Made by a program: the position numbers and the translations under genes. Source: Adineta vaga (lineage: Eukaryota; Animalia; Rotifera). Taken from it: DNA of 64,000 nucleotides. How positions within the stretch are numbered: the first letter of the stretch is position 1; every line of letters starts with the position of its first letter. The DNA is taken from contig CP075494.1 of the NCBI GenBank assembly GCA_021613535.1, positions 7,130,001 to 7,194,000 on the forward strand, read 5' to 3'. The notes under the pieces are model-generated. The model did not search any database. It worked only from the letters and a program-made list of their open reading frames with translations, and was not told the DNA's origin. Below are positions 54,667 through 64,000 of the stretch, one piece after another.

Positions 54667-55277
54667 ACAATCTTTTCAATATTGTTTGAATACATATTTT
54701 ATGTCATATCTATACGGTTGACTAGAATAAATAATAAATTGCAAATGTGAAATCAAATTCATATTCTTTTCTACAATTATTATATCATGCATAGAACTTT
54801 CATTCAATATTTTTATTTTTCATCCAATAGAGCCTCATATCAATTCTATTATGAGAATAACAGCAACGACTAATGTAAGAGTAAAAGAACTCTGGCGATT
54901 GATAGCTATTATATCGCCTACATAAAGAAACGTCGAAGAGAATGATAAATAAATCTTATCCTTTTTTTCCTTTTCTTGCTCATATATCCTTCATATCATC
55001 GGGCATAACTCGTCGCTCGATATAGAACAACAACCATGTTCTTTCAGAATATATGTACGCTGCATGGATGCAGCAAGCGAAGAAGAAATATTGTGGTTGG
55101 TATTTTTCTTTGTATACCCTATATGGGTTATCCCAAATAAGAGAAAAAAAAGGAGATCTGGTTGCATCTTTTCTTTTCTCTCTTTCTCGTCGACAAAACT
55201 AACTACATTTATACTTATTTATCTGCGTACATATCCTACCATTCTTTTCTCATCGTAACTGTAGAACTTTTGACGCA

Positions 55278-56455
55278 AGTAAGTAGATACAAAAGCGATT
55301 GAATATTGTTCCTAATGATTCATTTTTTTCTTCAGTGGCAAGTGGTTCAGCATTTAGCAATGTTCTTAAAGCTAAGGAAGATTTACAAAAATCTCCTGAA
55401 CAATTAGAACAAGAAAAACGATCCGTTATTTCTCAACGTGTACCAGCATTACAAATTGATGGCAAATCAAAGGAAGATCTTGCTGAAAGAGTATTTGAAA
55501 ATAGATACTGTGAATTGTTCATTTGTATTTCTGCTTTTTATTCTTTAAAAAAAATAGGCAAAACAATTACATAATCTTCTTCATCAATTACATGGTTCAA
55601 TCTATGAATTATCTGAACGCTTCGAACGACAAAAATACGATGTAAGTCATCGAACAAAACTCAATTTTCAAAAACAACGAAAAACGACATTTTATTTAGA
55701 TGGTCGAATTAACTGAACGTGCTCGTCAAATCGAGAAAGGGTAACGTTGATGTTTTACATCGCTAACTTAAACAAAGATTTCGTGTTTCAAATTTATAGA
55801 AAAGCTAAAACTCGTAAATCAAATATTGTTCATACTGGTCTTGGTGGTGGAATGTAAGTATAAAAAATTATGTTTTTCTTTAAATCAAAGTATATCGTCT
55901 ACATTCTAGCATCCCTACCACAAATGATGTTACAGCCAAAGCACCTGTATGTTATTAAATCTATGCATATATTGAATATGAAAATCAATTCTTGTTTTCT
56001 AGCAAAAAGTATCACTTTTCAGTCGATACGAACGTCGTAAGTTGTATTATAGATAGATACACGATGATATAATAATTATTTTTCTTCAGTCACTGATCGT
56101 CGTACATTCAAAGATCGTCGTGATGTTTGGGCTTCCGAAAAGAAACACAACGAATTTGTTGCTGAACGTCCAAAGGCTAAAATAAAACATAATACACCAC
56201 CACCTGAAGAAAATCCATTACGTAAAAATAAAGGTGCTGCTAGTCATAGTACGAATGCAAATCATGAAGAAGACGAGGAAGCGGTATGTTACAAGAGATG
56301 ACTGGGTTTTGTTTTCAGTAAATTATATGAATATTATTGTTTTCAATGTTTAGCACGCAGCAGCAGCTGAAGAAGAAGCACCAGCTGAAGAAGAAGCACC
56401 AGCCGAAGAAGAAGCACCAGCAGCTGAAGAAGAGGAAGAAGAAGAAGAAGAATAA
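55278..56455 (+). CDS. Troponin T-like protein (C-terminal TnT2 region plus acidic tail), about 9 exons
   Basis: KSPEQLEQEKRSVISQRVPALQIDG..YELSERFERQKYD|MVELTERARQ..AKVSLFSRYER|LTDRRTFKDRR matches invertebrate TnT (KYDLEERQKRQDYDLKEL..SKYERRVDTRSYDDKK). Ends in a poly-Glu tail. Confidence 0.85.
56364..56452 (+). repeat. Coding 18-bp tandem repeat (AEEEAP)x3 plus (GAA)n in the last troponin T exon
   Basis: gctgaagaagaagcacca repeated. Confidence 0.85.
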
Positions 56456-57157
56456 ATAACTAGTTTAATGAACAAACTTACCTTCTTACCATTTTAACCT
56501 TTTCTTTTCTTTCATTTTACTTACCTTATGATTATTAACTCTAATTAATAAATCAATAACATCTTAAGAATTTTCGAACACAATTCGTAGTGATGATCGA
56601 AACGACTCTAACATGATGAACATATTTCGCACATTAAATTTATCATAGAGTATTTTCTTCAATTAGATAAGAGATTAAAAATACTTGCTAGCATGTACAG
56701 AGATCCATACAGGCATCGTTATTTTTTGATATAACGTGATAAAATTTCAGAAATTTATATCATCATCTCTTTCACATTCTTTTATAAGTGTCACTAATTG
56801 AATTGTTATATAATTATTGAACCAATAAAAAGTAACGCTATTTACTTTAAAACTAAACTTCGCGTATAACCCAAACGTTATTCTTCTTTTCGACACAACT
56901 GATTATCAATGAGAATTTTACTACAGGTATCATTTCATAGTGATTGTTCCCTATAACATCTGTTCCAAGTATATGACTAGACGTTAAAATTCTGTTGTTA
57001 CAGCAATAAAATTCATTCGCTCATTCAAATCAAAATGGAATCGTACTAGATTCTGCATCAATACTAGTTAGGAAGTAATGGTAAAATCTTCAGCTTGATG
57101 TCGCACATTTAACAGAGATATGAACTAGACAAGAACTAAGAACAGCTCGTTTTCTAT

Positions 57158-57789
57158 TCAAAATTTTTCAGTTCAAAAACATTGACCATTAGTTTGAAAG
57201 TGGTGGATCCGATTTGAATCCTGGACGATGATTTAACATTGATGAATTCGAGCAATCAACTTGGTCGCACGATCTATAATACATAAATACATGATATATT
57301 TGAATTAATAGAATACTTACGACAATCTTCACACATACGGAGATTTTCTGTGATCTGAATTACAGTTGGAGTTGGCCGTTGAATGAAATTGAAGGCAATA
57401 GTCAATCTTTCACTGCGTTTTCATTGGAAATTCGATCGAGTTCTTCGTATATTTCTTTCGATTGCGGATGAGAACGATCGTGAGCTTTAATTGCTAAAAA
57501 ACCAAAGATGATTCATATTTTCAAAAAAGAAAAATCTTACCACTATTTGTCCATCGACATCTGTTCATGAAATACCCGGTTTAACTTGATTTCCATAAAG
57601 GTTTATACGATTCGATCGGATTAGATTTGCTTGTTCATATTTTCCGATCGATGAATATGTATTTCCAAGAAGAATAGATGCAACGATGAGATTTTGTTTT
57701 CGATCAGGAAATAGCGATTTCATTCGACGATATATTTTCTCGGACAACATCGAATTTCGATAATTCCGTGCACCAGACAGCATAGCCAC
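57158..57789 (-). pseudogene. PLS-class PPR E/E+/DYW (cytidine deaminase-like) C-terminal relic with 2 introns
   Basis: ILLGNTYSSIG..PGIS*TDVDGQIV|QLKAHDRSHPQSKEIYEEL..RSERLTIAFNFIQRPTPTVIQITENLRMCEDC|..ATKLIARI..IIVQDSNRIHHFQTNGQCF*: PG box, (H)SE, NLRxCxDC and R.HHF..G.C motifs. Confidence 0.9.
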
Positions 57790-58171
57790 TCGAATTATAT
57801 CCAGAAGAGAGAAATATGTGTTGAAAAAACTTACTACTGATTAAATGGAGATGAGATTTCGTTGAAAGGATAATTTTTCATCGAATATGCGTCTTTTGTC
57901 TACATCTAAAACCATCCTTACAAACGTACTCTCGGAAAAAATATTTCTCTTTAATTTAATTGATTTTTGTCTAAATATTTCTATTTTATTAATTTCACTT
58001 CTACTAGTATATTTCTTTTTCCTATTTTCTTGAAAAAAAAACTTTTTACTCTTAATGTAAACTGTCCACTATATTCACATAATCTTTTCATGAACAAAAA
58101 AAACATAAATTTTTTCTTCCAAGAAAAAGAAAAGAAAAAATATCTGAATAAAACGAGAAAACGACAGTTTT

Positions 58172-58841
58172 TCATTTTGCTAATGTTTCATTTGATTTTT
58201 CAATTGCATGGTGCGTTACTAACGATCCATTTAAATATAAATCCACTACTGTAGGTATAACATCACTGATGATAGTAATATCTTGAGGAAAATCCATTTG
58301 TAAGTATTCGACGCAACATCGTGTAAATGCCTGACAATTCAAGACACTTGACCACTTAGCACTATCATTTGATCTACATAACGGAATGTGCACATTTGAA
58401 ATCAGTTGATGTTCTATTTCTTTTGCAAAATGATTTGGTGTCGGACATGCTTGAATATCAGCTAGTTCGATCTTCCCAACTGTTTTCACCAAGAAATAAT
58501 CATCCCAATTTCGAATTTTAAAAACTGAATTAACATAAGTTGTATGATCAGTTGGACTCATCACGTACAAGTCGACATGAGTTGCAACAAACTGAGTTCT
58601 TGTCGACGACCCTATAAGAAAAGATGATAAAAATTAAACGCTAAGGAGGTTTATTTTCAATACCAGTAACATCAATGGCGAGAGAAAAATGTCTTTTTTT
58701 TTCGATTTCACTTTTTTTATCTTCTTCTTGTGGCTTATGTATAACAATATAAACTAAACCAGCTTGTTCAGAGTCCTTGAATTCAACTGGACAAATCATA
58801 TCAGGTCGAGATATATTAATCTTGTCTAATCTTATTCCCAT
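58172..58841 (-). CDS. Permuted papain-fold (LRAT/PPPDE/NlpC-P60-like) protein, 2 exons
   Basis: A phase-1 intron (gtattg..ttatag, ~58613-58664) joins RHFSLAIDVTG|SSTRTQFVATHVDLYVM in frame, and KWSSVLNCQAFTRCCVEYL follows (H...NCxxF). Confidence 0.6.
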
Positions 58842-60128
58842 ATGGATTCAGTTAAGAATTAATTGAATATCTATAATTAAAAAAAGAGTACGGATAGTAT
58901 TCATCAGGAATAAGTATTTTTCATTATCTAATATCAAAATTTTCTCAATAAATAGTATTAAGACAAGACAAAACAATAAAAGCAACAACTTTTAATTCTT
59001 ATAGTTATTCGTAAGATAAACGAATGAACCCATAAACGATATTACAGATGTCACACTCGTCAAAACTGGCTTATCAATTCGTTCATCCACAACGAATTGT
59101 CACAAAGGAATTTTTAATATTGAAATGGAGAAAAATGGATTGTAATGAATGATATATGCATATATTTGAGGACAACGTGAAATTCTCAAAATAGGGATAG
59201 TTTATAAAGCAGAATATATATCTACGACAGATATAACACTTCGAAGAGCATTCATATATAGATTTTATTGTGAATATTTGTTAATTACTATCGAACATCT
59301 CCGATAGTCAAAATTAAATACTTGAAATATTAATCTATCTTCCAATCTTTTAATAATGCCATAAGATTTGATGTCAAATATTGTTTTATTTATACATATA
59401 ATATTCGAAACTTGAATTCGAGTATTGTATATCAATGAGAGTGCTTCGGAGAGGGTTGGAATCATTGAATACTCAAATTTAACTTTCAAGTATTGCATAC
59501 ATCAAATTTATCGAGCTATTTGTAATTTTCTACGATTATTTTTTTCTATGAAAAGAATATTATTCGATCCATCAGTAATTATCAAATAGCGTATGAAAAG
59601 TATCTTAAGTAACATAAATTATTATTTAATTCCAATTTTTATTTGAAGAGATGACGAGTATTAAATAAATAAAAAGATAACGAAAATAAGTATTCTTTGT
59701 ATATCTTTTCAAACATTATAATTAAAGATTACAAAAAAAATTTCAATGAAAATATGTATTTATTAATAAAAAATAAATAAATATAAAAAAGTGGACAAAA
59801 TGATTAATCATAAAATAATCTAAGATAAACTCTACTAGTCCATGCAAAACCATTTTGTAAAGGATAATTTCCTTCACCATACATTCACTTTCTTCAGTTT
59901 TTATTTTTCCTTTTTAAATAAAATGAAGATCGCACGAAAATGTAACACACGGATTTTAATCCGAAGTTTTCATATTTATATATTGTTGTGATGATGAACA
60001 AATGACTAAAAGTATTGAGAAATGTAAAAGCTTCTTCTATCTTGATTAACAATTGTTTTCGGAATATAACATTTAACCCATAAAATAAATCAGAGAATCA
60101 ATATTTTCAACATATTTTACTCAAATTT

Positions 60129-60236
60129 GAGGGTAGATGTGGGTGTGAATACAAGAGAACCTCATCCACATCCACACCCACACCTTGTACCAAAATCAAA
60201 ACTCAAAACTAGTTTTGGATTTGGCGCATATCTATG
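60129..60236. mobile_element. MITE-like remnant with inverted TGTGGG-like repeats
   Basis: gggtagatgtgggtgtg faces cctcatccacatccacacccacacc. A second small inverted repeat (ccaaaa..ttttgg) and a TIR-like end gcgcatatctatg follow. Confidence 0.4.
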
Positions 60237-60764
60237 AGAAACCTATGTAATATACTGGAGTTGTTGTCTGATAAGAGTTTAAATAACATTGAACGGTTGA
60301 CCATAACCAATTCTTTCGTATTGACATTGCTCAATATGACAATTTACTAAAAAGATAAACTTACCAAGAATTATTATTATTTCTAATTAATTTCTTTATC
60401 TTCGTATGTTTTATAGTAGAACAAGAAAATTATTTTGAATTACTTTTTAATATGATAGAAAAGAAAATGTTTAATAAAGCAGTTTTGAATTTAACTTTAT
60501 TTAAATGGGTTTTCTCGTACGTAATCGATCGACCCATATATATATATATATATGGAAATTTCTTTTTAATATGTTCAAATTCAAAGAAGATCAGCGATAA
60601 GATGTCCAAAAGTATATGTAGCTTATGCTTGCTGTTTTGAACCAATCGAATTACATTCCATAGTTTACTTATTACTACTCTATCGGATGGGTATCAACGA
60701 GTAGAAATCAGAACTTGATTTAATAAGATTTTGATTTTGAGTCGAATCTATTTTGCCATCCTAT

Positions 60765-61599
60765 ATGGCACTTGTACGTTATACTGGTTCATTATCTCGA
60801 TTTACTCTCTCCTCGATTATTTCAAATCGAAGAGCAGCAACAGTTCCAGCATCTTCTTCATCTGTTATTGAACAGACAACAAATCCACCGAGACAAAATG
60901 CAGAAGAGCAAAATCTTATTACAAATACATCACCATATAAAAATGCACCCGGAAAATTCTATGGTGATAGTAAAGTTGAAGTTGCACTAGCACGTTTAGA
61001 TGATGTACAAAATTTAATTCGACGTGGTTCAATTTGGCCACTTACATTCGGTCTTGCTTGTTGTGCTGTTGAAATGATGCATATGGCTGCGCCACGGTAA
61101 ATTCTTTCTATTCGATCATATCTCAATTTTCTTTAATTATGAATAGTTATGATATGGATCGGTTCGGTGTCGTCTTTCGTGCTAGTCCACGACAAGCTGA
61201 TCTGATGATTGTTGCTGGTACACTAACAAATAAGATGGCTCCAGGTAAATATCTCAATTTCGATAGAAATTATGTTTCTTATATGTCATTGTAGCTATTC
61301 GACGTTTATATGAACAAATGCCTCATCCAAAATGGGTTATATCAATGGGTTCATGTGCTAATGGTGGTGGTTATTACCATTATTCGTATGCAGTCGTATG
61401 TTGAAAATCATTGTTGAATCCATCTTTTTGTTTTCTAAAACGAATTTCTGTCTAGGTACGAGGATGTGATCGTATTATACCGGTTGATATCTATGTTCCT
61501 GGTTGTCCACCAAGTGCCGAAGCATTGCTCTATGGCGTTCTACAATTACAGCGAAAGATTAAGAGATATGATACATTACAAAAATGGTATCGAAAATAA
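60765..61599 (+). CDS. NDUFS7: NADH:ubiquinone oxidoreductase Fe-S subunit 7 (PSST), 4 exons
   Basis: Mitochondrial transit-like N-terminus, [21 protein letters not shown]|[48 protein letters not shown] and [25 protein letters not shown]. Confidence 0.97.
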
Positions 61600-62974
61600 A
61601 GAACATTGTTAATATGTTTTGTTTTCCTTAAGAAATATTATTTTCTTTTTTTTCTAAATTTTTCAAAAAATAAATGTAAATAGCAACCTCTTGAATGTTG
61701 AAGACGTATGTACCGATACGATCAGATTCCATTCTTTCTTACTGGCAAACAACGGTTTCGAATTACATTCGTCTCTTAGTTAAATGTTATATTATACTAA
61801 CTCGGTACATTTCGAAAAATAATCAAAAAATTCGTTTATTCATTATTTAATCGTATCATTTTAACCTTGTTAAAAATTAAACTGATATTATCGTATATGA
61901 TTGTGTTATTGCAATGATTGTTTGCTTATTTTAAATATTATAGTTTGAGTTCACTATTCGTTGCTTTCTAGCTATAAATTTCATTCTCAATAACCCTGTA
62001 TACAATAAAGATGCAATGAATAAACTCATCACGTAGAAAATATATAATTTGTTAGACAATAATTACAAATATAAATATCACGAAACAATACTTGTTTGCC
62101 TCATAGCGTCTCACATGACGTGTTTGTTTCAATGGTATGCACTTTCATTCATCTCTATATGAATTAAATAGCAAATGAAACAATAGAAGAAACTATATAT
62201 AGAAAAAGGTATAGTAATATATTATCAAGGACTGCTTGCATGCGGTAACACGATAATATGAAATGATAACAGAATGGAGGACGCAACACTTATTTCATCA
62301 TTGATAACATTGTATTTTTCGTCTGATACATGAAACTCGAAACAGTAGGTTTTTTCTTTTATAGAAAGTCATTTTCTTCGAGATTTTATTACACATATGG
62401 GTACGTTTTGACTTTTATATATATTTATCAAATATTTATTCGAATTTTATGGATAAGTAATTCGATGCTTGTATTTATCACAATTTGCTGATATGCATAT
62501 ATGATTTAACGACAAATATTTTATTACTTAGAAGAAAAAGATCTCGAATATCTGTATGAGTAAAAAAGAAGAAGAAGAAGTAGTAGACAAAATGGTACGA
62601 GTTCTATCAGGAAGGTGAGGTATATGTTATTTCGTGTCTTCTTTCAAATGTCAAATACAATAATAGAAGAGAGCGAAAAAAAAAACTTTCTCTATATTGG
62701 TTTGATCTCTTTTATAGTTCATGACGAAATGCACTCAATTACAACTATATGAGTAGACTATTTCCAATTTGTGCGAGTTTTTTTTATAGGTAAAATAAAC
62801 TAGAAGATTATAAGTCGTATATTTGTCTTTTGAATACCATTCATTTGACATTGACAAGAGTAAGAGTATATTTATAAACAAATTTATCCAACAGCGATAA
62901 GTATTATGTATACAAGCAGTCGATTATAATTTGTCTTCATTTCTTTGCAGATCTTTGCGAAATAATTATCAAAC

Positions 62975-63943
62975 ATGACAGAAAGATTTATACCATCGCC
63001 ATCAGTTGATAGTTATACAAGACCAATGGATATCGAGATACCATTAATAGATTCGGATAATAATACTAATAATCTTACTAAACCAACTTATTCAAAGACT
63101 GTTGGAAGATTGAAATCAAATAATATCAATTCTGCATCTGATTCACAAGTTAAAGCTCAAAAGGAAAAAGATGTTTCATTATTGGATAAACTTTTCCCTT
63201 TGAGTCAATTGAAACATGTCGAATTCTATCAAGCACTTTTTAGTGAATATATCGGCACATTTATATTGGTATTAGTAGCTACATCAGCCGGTTTACCCAT
63301 CGCATCAGCACATGTACCTGATTTAAACGGTGCACTTGCATCGGGTCTTATTGTTGCAACAATTATTGTTTGTTTTGGTCATATTAGTGGAGCACATATT
63401 AATCCAGCTATAACTGTAACATTTGTTGTAGCGAATGAAATCGATCTTTATCGAGCATTAGCATATATTGGTATGCAATTACTTGGTGCGACATCAGCAT
63501 CAGCTTTATTACGATCAATTACACCTGAACATGCACGAGGTAATCTAGGTATGACAATAATAAATAAAGATATAACACTTTCTCAAGCATTTATTGTGGA
63601 ATTTTTAATAACGTTTGTTTTGTGTTATACGGTGCTTGCTATTTGTGATAGACAGCGTGATGATATTGGTGGTTCAAAAGCTTTAGCTGCAGGTTTTGCT
63701 GTAACAGTCGGCTGTTTATTCGGTGGTCCTTTTACCGGTGCTGCAATGAATCCGGCGCGAGCATTTGCACCTGCTGCAATTATGGATTCATGGGAAAATC
63801 ATTGGATTTATTGGTTTGGCCCATTAACAGGTTCAATCGTTGCCGCATTGATTTATACACGTGTTCTTCAAAGAACAGCAACATCTGCTGCTCTAAATAG
63901 ATCCTGTTTAAATTTAAATATTGACAGAGAAAATTATATCTAA
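62975..63943 (+). CDS. Aquaporin (MIP family, AQP1/AQP4-like scaffold), single coding exon
   Basis: GHISGAHINPAIT and TGAAMNPARAF (two NPA motifs), six TM segments, and NHWIYWFGP. Confidence 0.95.
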   Translation: MTERFIPSPSVDSYTRPMDIEIPLIDSDNNTNNLTKPTYSKTVGRLKSNNINSASDSQVKAQKEKDVSLLDKLFPLSQLKHVEFYQALFSEYIGTFILVLVATSAGLPIASAHVPDLNGALASGLIVATIIVCFGHISGAHINPAITVTFVVANEIDLYRALAYIGMQLLGATSASALLRSITPEHARGNLGMTIINKDITLSQAFIVEFLITFVLCYTVLAICDRQRDDIGGSKALAAGFAVTVGCLFGGPFTGAAMNPARAFAPAAIMDSWENHWIYWFGPLTGSIVAALIYTRVLQRTATSAALNRSCLNLNIDRENYI

Positions 63944-64000
63944 AAAACCGAAGCATTCATTGTTAAATCACATCTTTGTTCTTTCTTTTGCTTTGATTCT

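Noticed and set aside
59265-59498. 77 aa minus-strand ORF
   Set aside because: No recognisable motif or clear gene structure.
60358-60369. AACTTACCAAGA matches the 3' part of the bdelloid spliced leader as I recall it
   Set aside because: Only 12 nt, with no 5' SL half or following donor. It is equally the reverse complement of a generic splice donor (tcttggtaagtt).
1-64000. CRISPR arrays, rRNA/tRNA genes, operons and autonomous transposase or reverse transcriptase ORFs
   Set aside because: None were recognised. The sequence is intron-rich eukaryotic DNA, and a tRNA cannot be fully excluded without tRNAscan-SE.

Overview
AT-rich eukaryotic (animal) DNA with many ~50-65 nt GT-AG introns. The gene-family content suggests a bdelloid rotifer (Adineta/Rotaria-like), which is an inference: divergent F-box/LRR-like genes, a receiver-like/ART/TPR protein, divergent nuclear receptors and GPCR, a DYW-type PPR gene and a bacterial-type C1A protease. 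Apparently intact genes: DENND6 (partial), a CREB/ATF bZIP factor, IA-2/PTPRN, a xylellain-like cysteine protease, LRRC57, an LRR transmembrane protein, two tandem CYP3-clan P450s, an ART-TPR pseudoenzyme, NCoR/SMRT, a short troponin T, a permuted papain-fold (LRAT/PPPDE-like) protein, NDUFS7, an aquaporin and several small orphans, including a secreted 6-Cys peptide. Two blocks (~23-32.7 kb and ~45-58 kb) are full of decayed genes largely invisible in the ORF track: TMEM120, Dicer RNase IIIb-dsRBD, three F-box-like genes, a nuclear receptor LBD, a SAM methyltransferase, NmrA, a GPCR and PPR-DYW, plus MITE-like ends and a long hairpin. The main points of interest are patchwork gene conversion between the P450s, the Dicer and PPR-DYW relics, a nuclear receptor with a fused single zinc finger, a troponin T whose ATG is split by an intron, and an aquaporin with a widened filter. 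No single new multi-gene system could be established. All homology calls come from recalled motifs, not database searches, and exon boundaries are approximate.
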